A DNA stretch of 10,418 bases from an uncultured Methanosarcinales archaeon. GTDB taxonomy: Archaea; Nanobdellota; Nanobdellia; Woesearchaeales; CAZYIM01. The DNA lies in NCBI GenBank assembly GCA_964647565.1, contig CAZYIM010000055.1, positions 1 through 10,418 of the forward strand, read 5' to 3'. The first letter of the stretch is position 1. Each line of letters begins with the position of its first letter. The position numbers and the translations under genes are program-made. The notes beneath the pieces are model-generated. The model made no database searches. It was not told the DNA's origin and worked only from the letters and a program-made list of their open reading frames with translations. Shown here piece by piece: positions 1-7,616 of the stretch.

Positions 1-153
1 ACAGGCAACACCAATCCCTGCCAGAATCCCACTTTCCTTAGCAGTAATTTTTGCAGACATGACATCCTTTTTCTTGAAAAACAGTCCAGATGTAACATCA
101 CCAGACTTGATATCCTCCTGAAGAGATGCTTTGATAAGCGTTTTGACATCCAT
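1..153 (-). CDS. nadC: Quinolinate phosphoribosyltransferase (nicotinate-nucleotide diphosphorylase), N-terminal 51 aa; runs off the left edge
   Basis: Manual translation from ATG at 153..151: MDVKTLIKASLQEDIKSGDVTSGLFFKKKDVMSAKITAKESGILAGIGVAC. The L-x-ED-x3-GDVT and AKE-x-G-I-L-A-G motifs are typical of the QAPRTase N-terminal domain. The paralog ModD cannot be fully excluded from 51 aa. Confidence 0.88.
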   Translation of the reverse strand, partial: MDVKTLIKASLQEDIKSGDVTSGLFFKKKDVMSAKITAKESGILAGIGVAC

Positions 154-175
154 GAACTGCAGAATGAGCAGGAAG

Positions 176-190
176 TTTAAAAATGTTTGG
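176..190 (-). promoter_or_regulatory. Archaeal-type BRE/TATA promoter for nadC, probably leaderless transcript
   Basis: Minus strand reads CCAAACA-TTTTTAAA (TATA-like at 183..176), ending 22 nt before the ATG. No SD motif lies in between. The spacing puts the start site at or near the ATG. Confidence 0.6.
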
Positions 191-283
191 GGGGGAAGTT
201 GGTAAATCCCAGGGAAGAGGGAAGAGATGATAGACAGCCACAGAAATCATACCCCGACAGGACAAGAAGTTCACTCCAGAGTA

Positions 284-297
284 GAAAAATTTAAATA
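284..297 (+). promoter_or_regulatory. Archaeal-type BRE/TATA promoter, divergent from nadC
   Basis: GAAAAA (284-289) directly followed by TTTAAATA (290-297). Predicted start near 320, followed by SD-like GGGGTG (322-327) and ATG at 331. Confidence 0.6.
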
Positions 298-458
298 GGA
301 TAACCTCTCAAAGCCCCATAAGGGGTGTAAATGCTCATCTCACGCATTTATAATTTTATATAGATAATGAAAATGAGCGAACAGAAAAGGAATCCCCAAT
401 ATTTGATATACGGAGACAGGTTACCTCAATCTAATAAAAAAGGTTTCCTTTACTGAGT

Positions 459-1469
459 ATGAGACGAAGAGATAGGATAAAGGTGGTGTTAGTATATGCA
501 GTAATTATTACAGTTCTAGTTCTAATTATCCTGTTTCTAAAAAAGAAAGGAACTACAACAGAATACGTCTGCCTCAACGGCGAGACAACAATGTTCAAGG
601 AAAACTGCCTAAACGAGACAGAGTTCTTATGTGCTGACGGATCCAGATATGATGTTGCAACAGGAGAATGGGCTCTAAATTTTGAGAAAGCGGGGAAGAA
701 GACAGTGTTATTGAAAACGCCAGGCAACTTGGAAGGGAAGCAATGCAGTTTAGAATTCGGGCCAAATCCGGAAGGTAATACTGTAACTGGAGATATTGAA
801 TGGTTTTTTGGAAAAGATTTGGGAACAATAACTCTTGCTAAGACAATTGATGATTTTGAAGATGGAACCGATCTTTATATCGGCGTTGTTGATGCCAATG
901 AAAACGGAATAAAGGAACAATCCATCGTAAAAGATGGAAACTCCAGCTTGAAACTCGTTTCCGATTCTGCTAAAAATGAAAGAAAATACGCCCAATGGTT
1001 CAAGTACATTGAAAAGCAAGATTTAAGCAAATTTGTTGGGACGAATAAGTATTGGCCAAAAAAAGGAAGAACACAAGCCTTTGTTTGGGTGGACAACCCC
1101 ACATATCTAGATAAAGTGAATTTCATTTATAGAGAAGGAGATCATGAATGTATATTTACACAAACAAACGTAACCAAATCGGGCTGGAACCTCATCGATA
1201 TAGATATGAGCGCGGTTCAGAATCAAGAAAAATGTCCTATAGATTTTGACTGGACAAAAGTCAACAATTTAATCTTACAAGTATTCAATGTTGATTTGAA
1301 TAACGATCTCGAGATATCTTTCCCCATCATAATCGATGAATGGATGATATTAACAAAAAATACTCTCTCAAAAAAATTTTTACTCAGTAATTCTCAGATC
1401 CAAAACAATAAAATTGAAATAGTGACTCATTCTCCAGGATTTTTGAAATTTAGATATGATTGTAAATAA
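459..1469 (+). CDS. Membrane-anchored secreted/surface protein with a putative carbohydrate-binding (galactose-binding-like beta-sandwich) domain
   Basis: 336-aa ORF. Basic N-terminus (MRRRDRIK) then one hydrophobic helix (VVLVYAVIITVLVLIILFL). The segment IDDFEDG...SLKL...GWNLIDID...FDWTKVNNL...IIIDEW resembles CBM11/CIA30-like jelly rolls. Seven Cys; sequons NET, NSS, NVT. Confidence 0.65.
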   Translation: MRRRDRIKVVLVYAVIITVLVLIILFLKKKGTTTEYVCLNGETTMFKENCLNETEFLCADGSRYDVATGEWALNFEKAGKKTVLLKTPGNLEGKQCSLEFGPNPEGNTVTGDIEWFFGKDLGTITLAKTIDDFEDGTDLYIGVVDANENGIKEQSIVKDGNSSLKLVSDSAKNERKYAQWFKYIEKQDLSKFVGTNKYWPKKGRTQAFVWVDNPTYLDKVNFIYREGDHECIFTQTNVTKSGWNLIDIDMSAVQNQEKCPIDFDWTKVNNLILQVFNVDLNNDLEISFPIIIDEWMILTKNTLSKKFLLSNSQIQNNKIEIVTHSPGFLKFRYDCK

Positions 1470-1499
1470 AGATTTTGAAATAGCTATTTCCAACTAACA

Positions 1500-2282
1500 A
1501 TGAGATTCGTAATCCGTGATGATGACACTAATTTCTTCACAACACCTGAAGATCTTGAAAAAGTCTACAAAGATATCTGGAATCTATGTCCTATCAATTT
1601 GTCTGTTGTTCCTTTCCATAGATGCACAAAAAGCGGTGCCATACCTAAAAAACACTGGAAGGGAGATGATATCTTCCCTATTGGCGACAACCCAAGGCTA
1701 GTTAGTTTTCTAAAGCAAAAAATAAGAGAAAATAAGATATCTATAATGCTGCACGGCTACAGCCACCAGGATGGAGAACAATACTATGAATTTGGCTCGC
1801 ATAATTACCCTCTGCTTCACAAGAAAATACGGCAAGGTAAAAATTATCTTGAGGCTTTGTTCGATACAAGGATATCTTGGTTTGTCCCTCCACACAATGC
1901 TCTATCTAAAGAGGGATTGAGAGCAGCAATAAAGAACCATATCAATGTTGTCAATGTCAACTCATTCAGGCCTGACCAAAGAGATTTTTCATTCAACAAC
2001 ATAAGCCCTTTTATCAAGCTCAAATTATTCAACCTAAAACATAAGGAAAGATATCCTTTTGTTCTCGACTTCAAGAACCATAAAGAGGTATACCACGCGT
2101 CTCTTGTTCCAGAAACAGATTTAGAAACACTTAAAAAAAGGTTCCTTTTCTGTTACAGACAAAAAGGAATTTTTGTCTTGGCCACCCATTATTGGGAAGT
2201 TCACAAAACAGGATTTAACGAATTTTGGAGTTCGCTACAAAAGTTCAAGGGAATTAAGTATTGTTGCATAAACAACCTGTAA
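1500..2282 (+). CDS. Polysaccharide deacetylase-like protein (CE4/NodB fold, DUF2334-like)
   Basis: Motifs IRDDD, HGYSH (metal-binding H-x3-H), FVPPHN and a late LATHYW. No signal peptide visible. Confidence 0.85.
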   Translation: MRFVIRDDDTNFFTTPEDLEKVYKDIWNLCPINLSVVPFHRCTKSGAIPKKHWKGDDIFPIGDNPRLVSFLKQKIRENKISIMLHGYSHQDGEQYYEFGSHNYPLLHKKIRQGKNYLEALFDTRISWFVPPHNALSKEGLRAAIKNHINVVNVNSFRPDQRDFSFNNISPFIKLKLFNLKHKERYPFVLDFKNHKEVYHASLVPETDLETLKKRFLFCYRQKGIFVLATHYWEVHKTGFNEFWSSLQKFKGIKYCCINNL

Positions 2283-2296
2283 AAAATCTTTAAAAA
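2283..2296 (+). promoter_or_regulatory. Possible internal TATA-box promoter upstream of the GT4-methyltransferase gene
   Basis: AAAATC-TTTAAAAA (TATA-like at 2289-2296) in a 92-bp spacer. The spacer is very A-rich, so a chance match is plausible. Confidence 0.3.
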
Positions 2297-2374
2297 ATAA
2301 CAAAATACAGGATATAAAATCAAGATAAAAATTTTGATACTTATACTTATGAAAAATAATAAAATAAACAGAAA

Positions 2375-4312
2375 ATGCATATCTTATTTATCAACAGAGG
2401 AATGGGTATATTTAGAGGTGGCGGAGAAAATTTCGATTTAAGTATTGCTCGAGAATTGGAGAAATCTGGTTGTAAAGTAAGTTTCATTACCGGAAAACCT
2501 TTACTACATGCACCGAAATATCCTGTTAAAGAGTTCAGAACTAGGTATGTGAGTTCTCCTTACTTGAGAAAATTCTGGTATAATATTTCAACAATAAATT
2601 CAAGAATAGTAAATGCTTTAGCAGGCAGATTAAACCTATTAGATGTCAGACTTTTTGAATACGGAGCGTATAATATATTAAAAAAAGTCAAAAATGTCGA
2701 TCTTGTTCAACTTTGCAATATGCCTCTTTTAGGCTGTAAAATCAAGGAAAAATTAGAAATACCTGTTGTAGTAAGATTTCCAGGCCCACCACATAGTCTA
2801 TATAAAAAAGAAATAAACCAGTGTAATGCAATAATTGCTAGTGGCGCATCTATAGAAATAATTAAAGGAAAAATAAGAAAAGATGTTTACGATATCCCTA
2901 ATGGTGTTGATACAAAAAAATTCAGAAAAATCAGAACAAATGTTAGAACAAAATATGGTATGCAAGATAATGAAATTCTTTTATTATTCGTAGGAAGATT
3001 TGTCCCTGCCAAAAACTTAGATTTCTTAATAAGAGGTTTTAGCAAGGCATTAAAAGAAAATAAAAATATCAGATTAATGCTAGTTGGCGAAGGTGCTTTA
3101 GAGCCAAAAATAAAGACGCTGGTTAAAAACTTTAACATTTCTAAAAAAGTCATATTCATTGGGCATGAAAAAGATGTAATAAAATATTACTCTGCTGCAG
3201 ACATTTTTATCCTCACAAGCACTTTCGAATCTTTTAGTATAGTAACATTAGAAGCGATGGCTTGTGAACTACCTGCGATAGTAACAAAAGCAGGATGGCT
3301 CCCAAACCTAATACAAAATATGGAGGGAGGTTTGATTATAAAACGTGACGATATCCAGGAATTAAAACAAGCCATCTTAAAACTGGCGGCCAACAAAAAG
3401 TTACGTGAAAAAATGGGTCTATATAATAGAAAGCGCGTAGTAGAAAATTATGACTGGAAAAAAAGCTTAAAAAAATTAAAAATGATTTATGGGAAAATAC
3501 TTGAAAAAAGTAACAAAAGTAAAATTGAAAAAAAGATGGTTAATAAATTTAATACGTCAGAACTTTATTATCACATGATAGACGACTGGCATAAAAAAAA
3601 TGATGGTGCGGCTCTTGAACCTGAAGTAATGTCATTAATAAAGAAAAACTTGAAAGGGAACATATTAGACGCTGGTTGTGGAGAAGGTTCTGTTACGGAG
3701 TATTTTGCCAAAAAAAAATTACGAGCAAACTTTTATGGCGTGGATATTTCTCAAGTTGGAATAAAAAAGGCAAAATTAAAAGAAAAAGACAACTTGAAGT
3801 TCGTTAATGCAAATCTGAAAAAACTGCCGTTTCCGACAGGATTTTTCAACACCATTTACTGTCAGTCTGTCTTAGAACACGTTGTTGAATATGAAAATGC
3901 GCTTAAAGAATTTCACCGTATCTTGAAGAAAAGAGGTAGAGTCATTATACGTATAAGTAATAGCGGAATAGAGGATAAAAGACTCGTCACAATAATTTTT
4001 AATTATATTTTTTCAAAAAACAGACGCCAAATAGTAAATCCATCTCTCAAATTTACGAAGAACAAAAGGAAGGGCATGCGAGCAAACTTTGATGTGAATT
4101 TAATTCCATCAGATGTGCTAATGAAAAATTTAAAAAAATGCGGATTTAAAATAAAATATTTTTCAACAAGAAGAAAATCAACACTTAAAAAATTGAAGAA
4201 TATTAAAAACCAATCAAGTTTGAAAAAAATTATGCTAAATATAATTATGAATCTTCCGTTTTTCCCATTTACTCACCTCGGATCAACGACTATTATTATG
4301 GCACAGAAATAA
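2375..4312 (+). CDS. Fusion of a GT4 (GT-B) glycosyltransferase (about aa 1-378) and a class I SAM-dependent methyltransferase (about aa 388-645)
   Basis: GT4 motifs: MHILFI, GGGE, IPNGVD, LFVGRFVPAKN, ESFSIVTLEAMA (E-x7-E), YDW. Methyltransferase motifs: ILDAGCGEG, YGVDIS, LPF, SVLEHV, RILKKRG. Confidence 0.9.
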   Translation: MHILFINRGMGIFRGGGENFDLSIARELEKSGCKVSFITGKPLLHAPKYPVKEFRTRYVSSPYLRKFWYNISTINSRIVNALAGRLNLLDVRLFEYGAYNILKKVKNVDLVQLCNMPLLGCKIKEKLEIPVVVRFPGPPHSLYKKEINQCNAIIASGASIEIIKGKIRKDVYDIPNGVDTKKFRKIRTNVRTKYGMQDNEILLLFVGRFVPAKNLDFLIRGFSKALKENKNIRLMLVGEGALEPKIKTLVKNFNISKKVIFIGHEKDVIKYYSAADIFILTSTFESFSIVTLEAMACELPAIVTKAGWLPNLIQNMEGGLIIKRDDIQELKQAILKLAANKKLREKMGLYNRKRVVENYDWKKSLKKLKMIYGKILEKSNKSKIEKKMVNKFNTSELYYHMIDDWHKKNDGAALEPEVMSLIKKNLKGNILDAGCGEGSVTEYFAKKKLRANFYGVDISQVGIKKAKLKEKDNLKFVNANLKKLPFPTGFFNTIYCQSVLEHVVEYENALKEFHRILKKRGRVIIRISNSGIEDKRLVTIIFNYIFSKNRRQIVNPSLKFTKNKRKGMRANFDVNLIPSDVLMKNLKKCGFKIKYFSTRRKSTLKKLKNIKNQSSLKKIMLNIIMNLPFFPFTHLGSTTIIMAQK

Positions 4313-4321
4313 TCCTATAAA

Positions 4322-5827
4322 ATGACCCACACAAGCCAAGTTATAAAAAGCGGCATCACTTTATTTAGTTCGAGCATATTCATAAACATATTTCTTATAG
4401 GTTTCGGGATTTACTTTGCACATGTTCTTCCAAAAAAGGAGATGGCTGTTTTTGCGGTTTATGGACTATTAGCAGGTATTGTTAATATTCTTGCGTGGTT
4501 AGGCATGAACGATACCATTTTTAAAAATGTCCCTGAATTAGTTGCAAAGAAAAATATTAAAAAGGCATCAAGCCTAACTAAATATGCCCTATGTGTGAAA
4601 ATAAGTGTAGTTTTTTTACTTTCTTTATTGCTATTCATATTTGCAAAACAGGTTTCTGTTGTTTTCCTAAAGACAGAAACATTCAGTAGTCTAATGAGAT
4701 TAGTTTCTGTGGCTGTTTTTATGGAAGCTGTCAGTAGAACATTTGATCCTGTTGCAAGATCCCTTCAAATATTCAACAAATTTGCCATGATTAAAATAGT
4801 GAAAAATCTGGTAGGGAGAGTGTGTGCTATTATTCTATTTTTTATAATCGGATTCAAAGGTTTTATAATGGGATTTATTGCAGGTAGTTTTATTGAATTA
4901 ATACTTTATATATACTTTACAAGGGAATTAGTAATCAATAAAATACCAATAAAAAAACAAAAAGGAATAATTAAATATTCACTCCCTTATTTTGCATCAG
5001 GATTAAGCAGGTATACATTAGTGCATATTGATCAGTATCTTGTGGCAATCTTTCTTTTACCTGAGACGCTGGCTCTGTATTATATCGCAAAAAAAATCAT
5101 ATCATATATAGAAATGCTTGTTGAGTCTACAATGACTCCTCTCGCACCTAAGCTCGCAGAATTAAAGGTGCAGGGGATTGAAAGGATAAGCACAGTCTTT
5201 AAAAAAACTTCAAGGTATGTCTCATTTGCCTTTATCCCTATTTGTTTCTTTGTGGCATCGATAAGCTACCCATTTCTATTTCTATATGGAGGTATAAAAT
5301 ATGTTAGCGGATTCATGGTACTTTCTATACTATCATTCTCAATGGTTAATTATGCATTCACAAGTTTATATGGAAGCTATGTATTTATAGCTGGAGAACC
5401 AAAAATTAAATTTAAAATGAATTTTATGGGAGGTATATTAAATCTTATCTTAGGTATAATACTAATATATTCATTAAATATTGTTGGTATTGCAATCTCA
5501 AGATTCCTTGCATTTCTTGGCACCATTTTTATAGGTCATTTTTTACTAAAGAAAATATTAAAATTTGAGTTTGATAAAAAAGCTTTACTCGTAACAACCA
5601 TGATATCTTGTTTGATGTTTCTTATTATCGTAATTCCTCAAATCGCGTATTATAGACTTTATTTGGTTCCGGTTTATGTTATTATTGGCTCACTAGTATT
5701 TTTAATGTTATTCATAAGAATTTTAAAGAAAGAAGATTTCATTCTTATCAAAGATATCATACCAAAAAGATTTATTCCTTTATTTGACTTTATAATAAAA
5801 ATCCTGCTATGTAAAAAATGCATCTAA
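4322..5827 (+). CDS. Wzx/MOP-superfamily oligosaccharide flippase
   Basis: 501 aa with roughly 14 hydrophobic segments. Typical elements: IKYSLP, HIDQYLVAIFL, LALYYIA, LYGGIKY, LNIVGIAIS. Sits between glycosyltransferase and methyltransferase genes. Confidence 0.9.
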   Translation: MTHTSQVIKSGITLFSSSIFINIFLIGFGIYFAHVLPKKEMAVFAVYGLLAGIVNILAWLGMNDTIFKNVPELVAKKNIKKASSLTKYALCVKISVVFLLSLLLFIFAKQVSVVFLKTETFSSLMRLVSVAVFMEAVSRTFDPVARSLQIFNKFAMIKIVKNLVGRVCAIILFFIIGFKGFIMGFIAGSFIELILYIYFTRELVINKIPIKKQKGIIKYSLPYFASGLSRYTLVHIDQYLVAIFLLPETLALYYIAKKIISYIEMLVESTMTPLAPKLAELKVQGIERISTVFKKTSRYVSFAFIPICFFVASISYPFLFLYGGIKYVSGFMVLSILSFSMVNYAFTSLYGSYVFIAGEPKIKFKMNFMGGILNLILGIILIYSLNIVGIAISRFLAFLGTIFIGHFLLKKILKFEFDKKALLVTTMISCLMFLIIVIPQIAYYRLYLVPVYVIIGSLVFLMLFIRILKKEDFILIKDIIPKRFIPLFDFIIKILLCKKCI

Positions 5828-6483
5828 AAAAAAGACTTGGAAAAATGAGAAGTTTTCTTCAACCACCCAGTCCAAACTATTTTCCTAAACAAAAACTGCT
5901 TATAAAAAGGTTTTTTAATCGTTTTGATGAAAAACAATTGATACTTAATCTCGGTTCAGGAAAAAAAGATTATAGGAAGAATGTTGTTAATCTTGATATT
6001 CAGAGATCTTCAAAAACAAACACGGTAAGCGATGCACATTTTTTGCCCTTTAAAGCAAAATCCTTTGACGGCATTATTTGCATTGCGGTTTTAGAACATG
6101 TAAAAAATCCTTTTCAGGTTATTGAAGAAATGAAATGGATATTAAAAGAAAATGGTAGAATATTCGTAGACATCCCCTTCATGTATAGATATCATCCAAG
6201 TCCAACAGACTACATACGCCTGACAAAAGACGGCATAAGAAACCTTTTCAAGGACTTCAGGGAAATCGACTGCGGAATTGGAGGCGGGCCCGCATCAACC
6301 CTTTCAATGGTGCTTACAGAGTTTTTCTCATCAATGACCAGCAGCTATACACTCCACACCATCCTATTGACCTTCTTTGGCTGGCTATTTTGCCCGATCA
6401 AGTTCCTGGATGTGTTCTGGTCAAAAGGTAAATATGCAGGTGTCATAGGTATGAATTTTTATTTTTATGGTGAGAAGAAATGA
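5818..6483 (+). CDS. Class I SAM-dependent methyltransferase (Methyltransf_11-like, glycan-cluster type)
   Basis: Motifs ILNLGSG, NLDI, DAHFLPF, AVLEHV, LKENG, PF-x3-YHPSPTDY-x-R-x-T-x2-G. Overlaps the flippase end by 10 nt; an alternative start is ATG at 5845. Confidence 0.87.
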   Translation: MHLKKRLGKMRSFLQPPSPNYFPKQKLLIKRFFNRFDEKQLILNLGSGKKDYRKNVVNLDIQRSSKTNTVSDAHFLPFKAKSFDGIICIAVLEHVKNPFQVIEEMKWILKENGRIFVDIPFMYRYHPSPTDYIRLTKDGIRNLFKDFREIDCGIGGGPASTLSMVLTEFFSSMTSSYTLHTILLTFFGWLFCPIKFLDVFWSKGKYAGVIGMNFYFYGEKK

Positions 6484-7616
6484 GAATCTGCCTATTCACA
6501 TCGAGTTTCCTGCCAAAATTAGGCGGCGCAGAGTTTGCAGTCCATTACCTAGCCAATGCACTCTCAGATCTAAACCACAAAGTCTATGTCTTTGCTCCAA
6601 AAAGTAGGAAGCCCAATCTGGAATTAGAGCGAAAATATACACTACACAGATATCAGCTTCCAAGAGGAGAGACCAGGCTCGGGTTCAAGATACCCTTTTT
6701 TGAATATCTCTTGATAAAGGAAAAGTTCAGAACAAAATTCGACATCCTTCACGCACATTTCACTTATCCGCCAGGATATGCTGCTGTCAAGGCAAAGAAA
6801 TTCATCAAGACTCCTGTCGTCATCACAGCACATGGACAAGACATCCAGAAAATACCCTCCCTAGGTTATGGAATAAGACTAGATAAAAGGATAGAAAAGA
6901 AAGTCAAGACTGCTGTAATGAATGCAGATGCAATGGTATCTGAAGGCGCATCACTCACAAAAGAGATGCTGAATCTGGGAGTCTCGGAAAACAAGATCAC
7001 CCACATCCCTACTGGAGTCAACATCGCAAGGTTTGAAAAGCAAGAAGTGAATATACGGAAAAAGTATGGTATCCCTGATAAAGACATTATAATCCTGAGC
7101 GTGGGAAGACATCATAAGAAAAAAGGATATGAAAGGGCGTTAGAGGTTGTTAAAGAACTAACACAAAAGTATCCGCATATTAAATATATAATCGCTGGAA
7201 GAGAAACAGAAAAACTTGGAGAACAAATCCGCCAGATGGATCTAATCAATCATGTGATCATCAAAAGTGGTGTTAGCGGTAAGGAACTCGACTCGCTCTA
7301 TCTGGCCAGCAATCTTTTCATCTCTACATCATTTGTTGAAGGATTTGCAGCAGTTTTCCTGGAAGCATTGGCTGCAGGCCTGCCGATAATAGCCATGGAA
7401 GCGCCAGGAGTTGTGGATATTGTAACAAGTGGAAAAAACGGATTCCTAGTAGACTCATTAGATAAGATGAGAGAAAAGATAGAATATATCATCAAAAACA
7501 AGAAAATCAGAGAAAGGTTTAGCAGCGATTCTTGTGAAACGTCAAAACAATATGACTGGAAGATAATGGCTCAAAAACATCTGGAATTATATGAAAGTTT
7601 ACTTAAAAAATATTAG
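6480..7616 (+). CDS. GT4 family glycosyltransferase
   Basis: Motifs FLPKLGGAE, DILHAH, TAHGQD, ILSVGR-x3-KKG, EGFAAVFLEALAAGLP (E-x7-E), YDW. ATGA overlap with the upstream gene suggests translational coupling. Confidence 0.93.
   Translation: MRICLFTSSFLPKLGGAEFAVHYLANALSDLNHKVYVFAPKSRKPNLELERKYTLHRYQLPRGETRLGFKIPFFEYLLIKEKFRTKFDILHAHFTYPPGYAAVKAKKFIKTPVVITAHGQDIQKIPSLGYGIRLDKRIEKKVKTAVMNADAMVSEGASLTKEMLNLGVSENKITHIPTGVNIARFEKQEVNIRKKYGIPDKDIIILSVGRHHKKKGYERALEVVKELTQKYPHIKYIIAGRETEKLGEQIRQMDLINHVIIKSGVSGKELDSLYLASNLFISTSFVEGFAAVFLEALAAGLPIIAMEAPGVVDIVTSGKNGFLVDSLDKMREKIEYIIKNKKIRERFSSDSCETSKQYDWKIMAQKHLELYESLLKKY

Noticed and set aside
189..221. G7 tract plus two GGG runs and a short AGGGAAG tandem repeat (possible G-quadruplex or phase-variable tract)
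   Set aside because: G7 is short for phase variation and lies outside the core promoter spacing. A quadruplex would need a 16-nt loop, and the repeat has only two copies.
227..298. 23-codon ORF MIDSHRNHTPTGQEVHSRVEKFK
   Set aside because: Very short, no recognisable features, and it runs over the predicted plus-strand promoter.
297..426. Imperfect inverted repeat AGGATAACCTCTC / GAGACAGGTTACCT, possibly MITE ends
   Set aside because: It needs two gaps to align, and there is no target-site duplication or second copy in the window.
430..456. SNKKGF resembling an archaeal class III (prepilin) signal cleavage site
   Set aside because: A stop follows after two more residues with no hydrophobic stretch, and a frameshift into the next ORF would put charged residues after the site.
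3593..5096. A8/A9 homopolymers (3593-3600, 3710-3718, 5089-5096) as contingency loci
   Set aside because: Expected from Lys codons in AT-rich genes, and all reading frames are intact.
431..7501. Short antisense or out-of-frame ORFs in the track (431-727, 595-828, 750-1019, 875-1126, 1516-1701, 1710-1895, 1844-2074, 2887-3159, 3187-3396, 6642-6839, 6866-7087, 7298-7501)
   Set aside because: All lie on top of longer, better-supported genes and show no recognisable motifs; they are best explained as shadow ORFs.
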